Virus record (IMG/VR): IMGVR_UViG_2671180814_000016
Reading direction: 5' to 3' (one strand)
DNA length: 11,321 bases
DNA from: a virus
Lineage: Duplodnaviria > Heunggongvirae > Uroviricota > Caudoviricetes
In this document: positions 1-7,815 of the stretch, in pieces
Layout of the letters: each line of letters opens with the position of its first letter
How positions within the stretch are numbered: the first letter of the stretch is position 1
Notes under the pieces: model-generated
Databases searched by the model: none
Told to the model about the DNA's origin: nothing
What the model saw: only the letters and a program-made list of their open reading frames with translations
Program-made: the position numbers and the translations under genes

Positions 1-1494
<1,494 letters not shown>

Positions 1495-1639
1495 ATGCGG
1501 TGCGGGTATGATCATTTTGTTCACACACAATTGATTAAACCCGCTGCCGAAAACCCTCGATAGTACCGCCAGTATGGAGGGACCCATTGAATGCAATGGT
1601 TAATATACTTTGTAAGCTATATACAATGAATCATGAGTA

Positions 1640-1942
1640 TCAAAGCCGCTTACATTTAATATCATCGTACAAAGTTCCTTCTTTGTTTAGATATCTCGAA
1701 CCGTAATTATATCCATCATCAAATGCTTCATTGGTTATTACCAGTTCCCTGTAAAATTTCTCATCAGGTGCTGTTTCATAATGAAATGCACCATAAGGCG
1801 GCGGCATTTTACCGAGATATCTTGTAACGTAGAAACTCATGTCAGTACTAAATGAATCGTTATGAATATCCCAGCATTTAAAGTCTGGAATAGCTGCACT
1901 TGTTGTTAAAGGTAATAATAATAGCAATATCAATTTTTCCAT
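1640..1942 (-). CDS. Small secreted protein (signal peptide, two Cys), unknown function
   Basis: ORF-track ORF 1640..2002 begins at a TTG. The internal ATG at 1940..1942 gives MEKLILLLLLPLTTSA|AIPDF, a typical Sec signal peptide with an A-x-A-like cleavage site. Mature protein ~84 aa. No strong RBS. Confidence 0.5.
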   Translation of the reverse strand: MEKLILLLLLPLTTSAAIPDFKCWDIHNDSFSTDMSFYVTRYLGKMPPPYGAFHYETAPDEKFYRELVITNEAFDDGYNYGSRYLNKEGTLYDDIKCKRL

Positions 1943-2105
1943 AAGAGATACCAATGCAAATGATTTAATTGCATGATAACACCTACAAAGTCTCAATACC
2001 AATTAACAAGCGATATGGCTGATTTTGTTTCAATTACGTAAAATAATTTAAAATATCGTTAATTAAAACAATTGTGATGAAATGCTCACCTTGTAATTTG
2101 TTGCG

Positions 2106-2138
2106 TATTTGATGAAAGTACTTACCCTTCATCAAATA
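2106..2138. promoter_or_regulatory. Perfect 11-bp inverted repeat (TATTTGATGAA / TTCATCAAATA) with 11-bp spacer; operator-like
   Basis: Read directly: arms 2106..2116 and 2128..2138 are exact reverse complements. AT-rich stem with no following U-run on either strand, so a protein-binding palindrome is more likely than an intrinsic terminator. Sits between the 2162..2602 gene and the 1640..1942 gene. Confidence 0.4.
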
Positions 2139-2161
2139 CACATTTCTTTAGTACTTGCCCT

Positions 2162-2602
2162 TTACTTGATAAGCAAACTATAGAATTTTCTTGTCTGCTC
2201 AACTGCAACGACAAAACAGCCAATTGCAAAACATGCTCTCAACCCACCATCCCCGCCGTGTAATGACATTGCGGTAGTGAATATAAAATTAGTCACCAAG
2301 AAAGTAATAGCCATATACAAGATGAAATATAGAAATGAGAAAATGCGGCAAAGTATATTACTGCTTTTAATATCAAATATCTTTGCAAATACTTTCGTTA
2401 GTGGTGAAAAAAGCATAGCAATAAAACCAGGAACTACAGTTAGTAAGAATATCATTACTAACATTAAAGGTACTTTAACGTATTCATAACCACTAACACG
2501 AGTTAAAATAAGTACTCCGACGATACCTGTTATTAAGCCACCGATTAGTAGTTCTTTAGTTCCTGCAAACATTTCAGAGATATTATCGACTGTAATTTTC
2601 AT
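2162..2602 (-). CDS. Integral membrane protein, ~4 predicted TM helices, unknown function
   Basis: 146-aa ORF with ATG start. Hydrophobic stretches LLIGGLITGIVGVLILT, VPLMLVMIFLLTVVPGFIAMLF, FSFLYFILYMAITFLVTNFIF and LRACFAIGCFVVAV. No recognisable family motif. Confidence 0.6.
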   Translation of the reverse strand: MKITVDNISEMFAGTKELLIGGLITGIVGVLILTRVSGYEYVKVPLMLVMIFLLTVVPGFIAMLFSPLTKVFAKIFDIKSSNILCRIFSFLYFILYMAITFLVTNFIFTTAMSLHGGDGGLRACFAIGCFVVAVEQTRKFYSLLIK

Positions 2603-2707
2603 TCTACTAACTATTCCTTCATAAAAAGTTCACTCCGATCTTATCACCGCATAAAGAAAAAGCCCTGTAGATTCTCACCATACAGCCTAAGCACTAAACT
2701 TTTCGGA

Positions 2708-2977
2708 TTACTTCGATACTACCTGCCATTGTCCATCATGCCGGATGATCTCATACTGGTACTTACCATCACACCGTACATCAATACGTCCTGTACCATT
2801 CTCAGTACTATCCATAGTCACCATATCGCATGGGTACTTACCCTTGATTAGTGACTGTGCGAAATCCATAGCGTTCTGGTTCTCATTGTCCGTGTACTGT
2901 GGCTGGGGTGCATCCTCACCTGCAATGTTGAAGAGTACCCCAGCCAGTACTAACAAAATCACCATTACCTTTCCCAT
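2708..2977 (-). CDS. Small periplasmic/secreted protein (signal peptide, two Cys)
   Basis: 89-aa ORF with ATG start and SD-like AGGG 5 nt upstream. N-terminus MGKVMVILLVLAGVLFNIAG is a signal peptide. Starts 7 bp after the stop of the upstream lipoprotein gene, so likely co-transcribed. Confidence 0.6.
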   Translation of the reverse strand: MGKVMVILLVLAGVLFNIAGEDAPQPQYTDNENQNAMDFAQSLIKGKYPCDMVTMDSTENGTGRIDVRCDGKYQYEIIRHDGQWQVVSK

Positions 2978-2984
2978 ACGTACC

Positions 2985-3347
2985 CTATAGATTGTCGAGG
3001 ATATGGGATGGTGAATTGACCCCTTCTAACCAATCGTGAACACTATCGGTCTGATGTGGTACTACCTTACTTACATGCTCTCTATAGGGATGTAGTTCAG
3101 CAATGCGGGAATCTCGTATGAGGCATCCAGTACTTGTATTGTCATCATGATAGATCTTGTTATAGATGCGACCGCAATCACTCTGGAACTGAGGACGGTA
3201 GTACTTCACCCCATTACGTGTTCCTGCATCAAACAGTACTACGGCCTTGTCATCTACATAGCCAACGTAAGCTTTATCCATGAAGCTGTGCGTAGTAGTA
3301 CATCCAGTACTAAGGGCAATCAGTAACCCAATTAGTAATTTTTTCAT
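2985..3347 (-). CDS. Probable lipoprotein (signal peptide ending ...ALSTGC)
   Basis: 120-aa ORF with ATG start and RBS AGGA 8 nt upstream. N-terminus MKKLLIGLLIALSTGC has a hydrophobic core followed by Cys; the lipobox is slightly non-canonical at -3. Starts 5 bp after the stop of the EAL-like gene. Confidence 0.6.
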   Translation of the reverse strand: MKKLLIGLLIALSTGCTTTHSFMDKAYVGYVDDKAVVLFDAGTRNGVKYYRPQFQSDCGRIYNKIYHDDNTSTGCLIRDSRIAELHPYREHVSKVVPHQTDSVHDWLEGVNSPSHILDNL

Positions 3348-3352
3348 TATTG

Positions 3353-3904
3353 TTATCCTATTAATTTTTCACATTGCTCAAAACGCATTGGCCTGAACTC
3401 TCCCTGTACCGCCCATACACCGGCCTCTCTGAGAATTGGGTAATACGTTTTATCTCTGACGGGTACGATCACCTTCTCGCAGTACTGGCGAATGCTTTTT
3501 ATGAGTACTGGAAAGATCAGACGGTCAATGTTCTCTTCTGTGTACCTTCTATTTAATCGGGCAACCTCGAAATCACCTGTAACCAGAGGAATAGCAGAAC
3601 CACCATGTACACCGAGATCATCAAGCCACTGCTGGTTATGTACTTTCATATCCCTTGTCATCTGCCGAAGGAATGGTAAGTACTCGTATGGTTCACCACG
3701 GCCAGTAGTAATCACACAATACAAACCGTTATCCCTGAACCATGCCGCCTTGCTTTCAATAAGCATTAGTTGCCCATGAAGTACTTCTTCTTCCCATAGG
3801 CCGATCTGCCTGATTCCCTCGCGTTCTACATGGCTGACCAACTCAACCCCCAGCAACTGACCACCCAAACTTGTTATCGGTATTGCCCAATTATCAATGT
3901 TCAT
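3353..3904 (-). CDS. EAL-domain-like protein, probably catalytically degenerate (YdiV/PdeH-like motif order), 183 aa
   Basis: Motifs in EAL order and spacing: AIPITSLGGQLLGVELVSH (EAL box as ELV, Arg missing), QWLDDLGVHGG (DDFGTG-like), RQYCEKVIVPVRD (where EGVE is expected, substituted), AVQGEF (QG[YW]F-like). About 55 aa shorter than a canonical EAL domain. Assigned from recalled family motifs, not a search. Confidence 0.55.
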   Translation of the reverse strand: MNIDNWAIPITSLGGQLLGVELVSHVEREGIRQIGLWEEEVLHGQLMLIESKAAWFRDNGLYCVITTGRGEPYEYLPFLRQMTRDMKVHNQQWLDDLGVHGGSAIPLVTGDFEVARLNRRYTEENIDRLIFPVLIKSIRQYCEKVIVPVRDKTYYPILREAGVWAVQGEFRPMRFEQCEKLIG

Positions 3905-3936
3905 AACTTTGCTCGTTACGCTTTAAGTTATTGATA

Positions 3937-3989
3937 ATTGATCATTTTTAAAACATTGGCAATTAAATCGATCAATTTTATTGATCATT
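3937..3989. promoter_or_regulatory. Operator-like repeats containing three GATC sites: 10-mer ATTGATCATT twice (3937..3946, 3980..3989) and palindrome GATCAAT-TTT-ATTGATC (3970..3986)
   Basis: Read directly in the 192-bp divergent intergenic region between the EAL-like gene (minus) and the LexA-box gene (plus). Three GATC tetramers within 50 bp of AT-rich DNA. Confidence 0.45.
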
Positions 3990-4055
3990 ACAATAGAATT
4001 AATCATTCAAAGTGGTAAACAAAGGGGTGCTGGATTTTTGGGAAACTGACTGCAA

Positions 4056-4075
4056 TACTGTACATATATACAGTA
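4056..4075 (+). promoter_or_regulatory. LexA (SOS) box TACTGTACATATATACAGTA
   Basis: Exact CTGT-N8-ACAG with AT-rich spacer and palindromic TA flanks. Differs from the E. coli consensus TACTGTATATATATACAGTA at one spacer position. Lies 21 bp upstream of the ATG at 4097 and 7 bp upstream of a strong SD (GAGGAGGG), where it would overlap the promoter. Confidence 0.7.
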
Positions 4076-4096
4076 ATACATAGAGGAGGGTAACAA

Positions 4097-4408
4097 ATGA
4101 GCAAAGACGGCTATGATCCATCCATTACGCGAGGGGTTCAGAAGTTCTCACATAACGGTCGCTGGGCAACCGTGTGTTATTGGGGATCTGCACTAACAGA
4201 ATTTCATTATGGGGATAGGGTATTCTTCCAGAATCAGTACAGGGAATACTGGTTAGGTACTATAGAGAGAGATTGTTTTGTACTTACCTGTGAAACACCA
4301 CTAATAAGTGTTATTGATGGGTTAGCATATCTATCTGCTGAGTACCGGATGAATCAAAGCAGTGAAGAAGGTGATTGGTTCTGTGATCAGGGGGAACTAC
4401 CCTTCTGA
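4097..4408 (+). CDS. Hypothetical 103-aa protein, predicted SOS-regulated
   Basis: ATG start with strong SD GAGGAGGG 6 nt upstream; LexA box immediately upstream. No TM segment. C-terminal EEGDWFCDQGE faintly recalls the DinI C-terminus (DDWF), which is too weak to assign. Confidence 0.7.
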   Translation: MSKDGYDPSITRGVQKFSHNGRWATVCYWGSALTEFHYGDRVFFQNQYREYWLGTIERDCFVLTCETPLISVIDGLAYLSAEYRMNQSSEEGDWFCDQGELPF

Positions 4409-4413
4409 GGATA

Positions 4414-4466
4414 CACGTACTGCTCACCCCAACAAAATAACAAACCCAACATGTGAGCAGTACGTG
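4414..4466 (+). other. Perfect 14-bp inverted repeat (CACGTACTGCTCAC / GTGAGCAGTACGTG) with 25-nt A/C-rich spacer; stem-loop or dimeric binding site
   Basis: Arms 4414..4427 and 4453..4466 are exact reverse complements. Begins 6 bp after the stop of the 4097..4408 gene and precedes the 4541 gene. No U-run directly after, so not a canonical intrinsic terminator. Confidence 0.5.
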
Positions 4467-4540
4467 AACGGGTAGTGTACTTGATTGTGTTTCGGATGGT
4501 AAAGTATTTGCCCCTTTAATGCGTTCAGGAACTACTTTCG

Positions 4541-5209
4541 ATGGATTGTAGAAAATTAAATATCGTTCTTTTATCGACCGTAGCAGTATTACTGGTTGTT
4601 GTAATTTTAGTACTAATAAAATCACTCTTTGTTGGTTCTGAAGGTTTCGAGTGGGGATCGGTTAGTGACTGGGTTAGTTCTATTGCCAATCTCATTATGG
4701 CTGGAGCAGCCCTATATGCAGCATGGAACGCTAAAAATTGGTTTCAAACTAAAATAAAGGAAAATGCTTTAAATCAAGTTACTAAGTTCTGGACTAATTG
4801 CGATCTTTTTTCGTTGGAGATGTTGAAAACATATGAAAATATATGCAACCTTAACAATACTGAACCAGATATAGAACCAAAAAATTTCGCACATTTAGTT
4901 AAAACTGAACGAGAAGTTATCGATCTATTAAACATTAAGTTAGCCTCATTAAAAAGCGAATTGCAATCACTTACCTTTTGGAAAGTATCGCCAAAAGATG
5001 AAGCTATATTCAATAATTATTTCTTCAGTAATCAAATTGCTTTAGGAACATTGAGGGAAGCGATAAGTTTTGATATAAATGACATTCATGATAGATATCA
5101 TTACAATGTCAGCTATGGAAAGTTATTAGTAGATACATTTGATAGTTTAATAGAAGCACATGCAACCTTGAAAAAGGACATGAATAACTTATTCGTTTTC
5201 TCTAATTAG
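4541..5209 (+). CDS. Membrane protein: two N-terminal TM helices plus ~150-aa soluble domain, unknown function
   Basis: 222-aa ORF with ATG start; weak SD (AGGA 10 nt upstream). TM segments LNIVLLSTVAVLLVVVILVLI and VSSIANLIMAGAALYAAW. Very AT-rich and nearly devoid of GTAC, unlike flanking DNA. Confidence 0.6.
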   Translation: MDCRKLNIVLLSTVAVLLVVVILVLIKSLFVGSEGFEWGSVSDWVSSIANLIMAGAALYAAWNAKNWFQTKIKENALNQVTKFWTNCDLFSLEMLKTYENICNLNNTEPDIEPKNFAHLVKTEREVIDLLNIKLASLKSELQSLTFWKVSPKDEAIFNNYFFSNQIALGTLREAISFDINDIHDRYHYNVSYGKLLVDTFDSLIEAHATLKKDMNNLFVFSN

Positions 5210-5229
5210 AGTCCACAACTCCCAATAGA

Positions 5230-5248
5230 CGGTGGGGTATCCTCACCG
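5230..5248. other. GC-rich hairpin CGGTGGGG-tat-CCTCACCG (8-bp stem with one G-U) between convergent genes
   Basis: Read directly. Begins 21 bp after the stop of the 4541..5209 gene. No flanking U-run, so terminator function is uncertain. Confidence 0.35.
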
Positions 5249-5385
5249 CTATAACTAACATCTCAACATTAAGATTTATAAGGTCTTCATTAAAGTACTC
5301 CCCCTTTCGTACCTCCTATATAAATAGAGGAAGTAATATATATCACCATCGTAGGTGTTAAATTCCATTCTTATCATCTCGTAAA

Positions 5386-5427
5386 CCCTATAGTGGGTTA
5401 GTAGTTCTAACCCTCAATCTATAGTGG
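5386..5427. repeat. Hairpin GGGTTAG-tagtt-CTAACCC (5395..5413) bracketed by direct repeats CTATAGTGG (5388..5396, 5419..5427)
   Basis: Read directly in the convergent intergenic region 5210..5465. The 7-bp stem arms are exact reverse complements; the 9-bp direct repeat is exact. Confidence 0.4.
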
Positions 5428-5465
5428 CATCTAACATTTACCTTACATTCCAAAAAATATTATTC

Positions 5466-5939
5466 TTAAGTCTTTTTATCTTGCTTAAGTAATGCAATGA
5501 GTCTGTGAGAGTTAGGGATTTTATGTTCATTCCCCTCCACATCTAAAATAGTTATATCTTCTAAATGACAAATATCACATTCATTATCTATCGTGACTAA
5601 GTCTGAGCTTACCAATTCAAATTTTTTTCTTTGCTTTTCTTTAATAACAATGCTCTCTTTTGGAGATGAATGGCTCCTAATGCCTTTTTCATAATGGCAA
5701 AGCATCCCTTCCAAAACTGCATCACGCCTACCAACATTGATCACTATCACCTCGATTTTATAAGGTTCCTCATCAAAAGACTCGTAGACGAGGTCAGCTG
5801 TTATTTTTAGCCTTGATCTATCATGCCATGCTGCCCTACCGGAGAAGTATAAGGAAGTACATGCAATAATAAATGACAACGCCGAAAAAGCAATAGTTAA
5901 CACATCTTTATATGTAGCTGCTATTGTTGTTATGCTCAT
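5466..5939 (-). CDS. Membrane-anchored protein (one N-terminal TM helix), unknown function
   Basis: 157-aa ORF with ATG start. TM segment LTIAFSALSFIIACTSLYF. Follows the HNH gene on the same strand after an 82-bp gap. AT-rich and GTAC-poor. Confidence 0.55.
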   Translation of the reverse strand: MSITTIAATYKDVLTIAFSALSFIIACTSLYFSGRAAWHDRSRLKITADLVYESFDEEPYKIEVIVINVGRRDAVLEGMLCHYEKGIRSHSSPKESIVIKEKQRKKFELVSSDLVTIDNECDICHLEDITILDVEGNEHKIPNSHRLIALLKQDKKT

Positions 5940-6021
5940 TTTTCTCTCAACTTACATGTCTAATTTAAAGCATATTGTATTCATAACTTTTCAAGTATGT
6001 CGTATCAAGTCTAAAATAAAT

Positions 6022-6765
6022 TCAAATTTTATTGCTGTCTTTAAACAACAGTGCTTTTAAACTTTCGACACTTAATACTTCGTTACCGCGATGTACCATT
6101 GCGTGACAGTTTGGACAAAGTGGAACCATATCAGTAATTGGATTTACCTCGTAATCCTCGCCTACTGTGTGTAGCGGTTTGATATGATGAACGTGTATAA
6201 AGCCCTTGGCGTGTTCACCATAGACTTTCTCAAAGTTAAACTCACAACACCCGCAGGAAGTACCATGATGGTCAATACAAGCCTGTCGTGCTTTTGGATC
6301 ACGCTCGTAGGAGTTTACTGTAACTTGCTTTTTTGCACCCTCAGCGTAGTTTTCAGGTGAGGTAATTTCATCTGGAAATGGATTAGGTAAAAAGTCTGCA
6401 TACCAAACTGTTCCTTCTTTCCGAAGGTAACGTTTTTCAAGTTTTGGAGTGAACCGTTTGATAACAGCTACATCTCTATTCTCATCGTTTCGTCCCTGCT
6501 CCATATCAAACGTGTAAAGCTCATAACCTTCAGCTATCAATTGAATGTGTTCAATAGCTTGAATATATCCAAGATTTTTTCTTTCCTTTCCCTCCACAAC
6601 TTTGGTTTTCCACCGCTCCCTCAGAATGACTGATCTTTCTTGCTCTTTTTGTACATCCCATGCACCAAAGATAACCATTTTCTTGTCGTGGTTCACAAAT
6701 GACCAACTCCAAGTCCAGTTACTACAAGTAGCACCATGCGACTGGATGAATTGTTTTCTGTTCAT
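6022..6765 (-). CDS. McrA-like zinc-finger HNH nuclease with an unassigned ~170-aa N-terminal domain
   Basis: 247-aa ORF with ATG start and strong RBS GAGAGGGA. C-terminus CGCCEFNFEKVYGEHAKGFIHVHHIKPLHTVGEDYEVNPITDMVPLCPNCHAMVH matches the CxxC...HH...N...CPNCH..H pattern of McrA-type HNH domains as recalled from E. coli McrA. The N-terminal region matches no domain I can name. Confidence 0.8.
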   Translation of the reverse strand: MNRKQFIQSHGATCSNWTWSWSFVNHDKKMVIFGAWDVQKEQERSVILRERWKTKVVEGKERKNLGYIQAIEHIQLIAEGYELYTFDMEQGRNDENRDVAVIKRFTPKLEKRYLRKEGTVWYADFLPNPFPDEITSPENYAEGAKKQVTVNSYERDPKARQACIDHHGTSCGCCEFNFEKVYGEHAKGFIHVHHIKPLHTVGEDYEVNPITDMVPLCPNCHAMVHRGNEVLSVESLKALLFKDSNKI

Positions 6766-6955
6766 GGTATCCCTCTCTTAATTCCCTCTTTGTACACAAA
6801 AAATGCCTACTTGATCCAGTACTTTATGTAGCTATCCAATAGCATCATAGTAGTGGAAATGACCAGAGCGAGAGTTGTGGAACTGGCGGGGCATGTCGTA
6901 CTTACCAATTCACTTTAGGTACTTCATTTGCTGTACTAACATCTATCGAGCAAAG

Positions 6956-7052
6956 CGAGTAGTAACGCCTTGCGGGTTTTCGAGTACTGGCGAGAAAAAC
7001 GCAACGTTACTAACCAATACTACGAGGAGTTCACGACGAGTAGTATTCGTGA
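6956..7052. other. Structured non-coding segment: imperfect 13-bp hairpin (6960..7012), nested stems ATACTAC/GTAGTAT and TCACGA/TCGTGA, and 9-bp direct repeat CGAGTAGTA (6956..6964, 7037..7045)
   Basis: Read directly inside the 463-bp gap between the 7229..7690 gene and the HNH gene. The only ORF here (6875..7135, plus) has a TTG start, no RBS and implausible composition. Confidence 0.4.
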
Positions 7053-7136
7053 CGCAAGTCACAGTTTCTTGGAATACTGATAGAGAAAGAAATACATGGA
7101 ATGAAATGGAATGGATTTCGTATCTCTATACTTAGT

Positions 7137-7220
7137 TGCCGTATTGATGGTAAATAGCGGGTTTCAGGGGCTTTTTTTGCCGTATTACGGCATACATCCA
7201 TGCCGTAATATGCCGTAATA
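7137..7220. repeat. Iteron-like array: five copies of TGCCGTA core — 7137..7143 (direct), 7178..7192 (15-bp palindrome TGCCGTA-T-TACGGCA), 7201..7210 and 7211..7220 (exact tandem TGCCGTAATA x2)
   Basis: Read directly. A T7 run (7172..7178) abuts the palindrome. The tandem copies have 10-bp periodicity. Located just 3' of the 7229..7690 gene and ~370 bp 5' of the HNH gene. Confidence 0.6.
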
Positions 7221-7228
7221 AGTTACAA

Positions 7229-7690
7229 TTAACGCAAGCCCTTTAAGTACTCGATCATGTCATCAATAAAGTCACCTTGTTTTTGTAGTTCCAATAGTTT
7301 ACCAAACTCTTTATATGTTAGTGTTCTTTGTCCATATACTGGTGCTGGCAGTGCGTTTGGGTGTGCCAACATATACTGCTCTATTCGTTTTGCTGCATCC
7401 GTGATCGCTGCCCCATAGTACCTGATCATACGTTCTTTTACTTGTTTCTTATTCTGTTGTACTTTAATAGCATTGATAGTATTGAATAGTAAATCATTCC
7501 GTAATTCATCTTCATTACTCAATACTGCAAACACATCATATACACTAATCTTATCTCTCACTTTAAGTTTAGCTACTGAGTCCTTCATGATGTTCTTGAT
7601 GTCTTCGCATGGGATATCTTTATATAGCTTGTACTGGCTAATTAGTGCTTTTATGTTTCTGTTATCAAAAGTTGAATAGGTTTTTGCCAT
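7229..7690 (-). CDS. Hypothetical protein, 153 aa, predicted alpha-helical, unknown function
   Basis: ORF with ATG start; SD-like AGGA 9 nt upstream. No recognisable motif. Confidence 0.6.
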   Translation of the reverse strand: MAKTYSTFDNRNIKALISQYKLYKDIPCEDIKNIMKDSVAKLKVRDKISVYDVFAVLSNEDELRNDLLFNTINAIKVQQNKKQVKERMIRYYGAAITDAAKRIEQYMLAHPNALPAPVYGQRTLTYKEFGKLLELQKQGDFIDDMIEYLKGLR

Positions 7691-7784
7691 GATAAATAAT
7701 CCTGTATAAATTAATTAATCGTGACCCGTAGTGATTACAGGCCATTTAATAAGTTTGGCTTCATTGCCATTGAGTTTTGAATAG

Positions 7785-7815
7785 ATGCCAGTACTGGAAT
7801 ACTGGCATTTTTTAT
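7785..7815. terminator. Hairpin ATGCCAGTA-ctggaa-TACTGGCAT followed by T-run ATTTTTTAT on the plus strand; possible bidirectional terminator at the 3' end of the HNH homing endonuclease gene
   Basis: Stem arms are exact reverse complements and contain the palindrome CCAGTACTGG. The U-run is strong in plus orientation and weak in minus orientation. The T-run overlaps the minus-strand stop codon of the 7812..8366 gene. Confidence 0.45.

Noticed and set aside
2162-2602. 4-TM protein as a holin of a lysis cassette
   Set aside because: No endolysin or spanin-like gene nearby, and 146 aa with four TM segments is atypical for a holin; left as a membrane protein of unknown function.
2655-2700. Possible terminator after the three-gene operon (A-run plus CTGTA/TACAG stem)
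   Set aside because: Only a 5-bp AT-rich stem with an 11-nt loop, too weak to call. Its CTGT-N13-ACAG is also not a LexA box (wrong spacing).
2277-3779. Plus-strand ORFs 2277..2489, 2745..2990, 3374..3556 and 3492..3779
   Set aside because: Each is embedded antisense in a minus-strand gene with better start signals and coherent protein features; treated as shadow ORFs.
4311-5013. Minus-strand ORFs 4311..4625 and 4774..5013
   Set aside because: Antisense to the plus-strand SOS-module genes, spanning the intergenic hairpin, with no RBS and odd composition.
6875-7135. Plus-strand ORF of 86 aa in the large intergenic region
   Set aside because: Starts at TTG with no SD, and its T/R/S/V-rich composition looks non-coding. 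The region is better explained by repeats and RNA structure; low residual possibility of a small protein.
7161-7180. GGGGCTTTTTTT as an intrinsic terminator
   Set aside because: No complementary upstream arm to form a stem on either strand; the T-run is more likely part of the AT-rich iteron region.
7473-7679. Plus-strand ORF of 68 aa
   Set aside because: Antisense within the 7229..7690 gene; shadow ORF.
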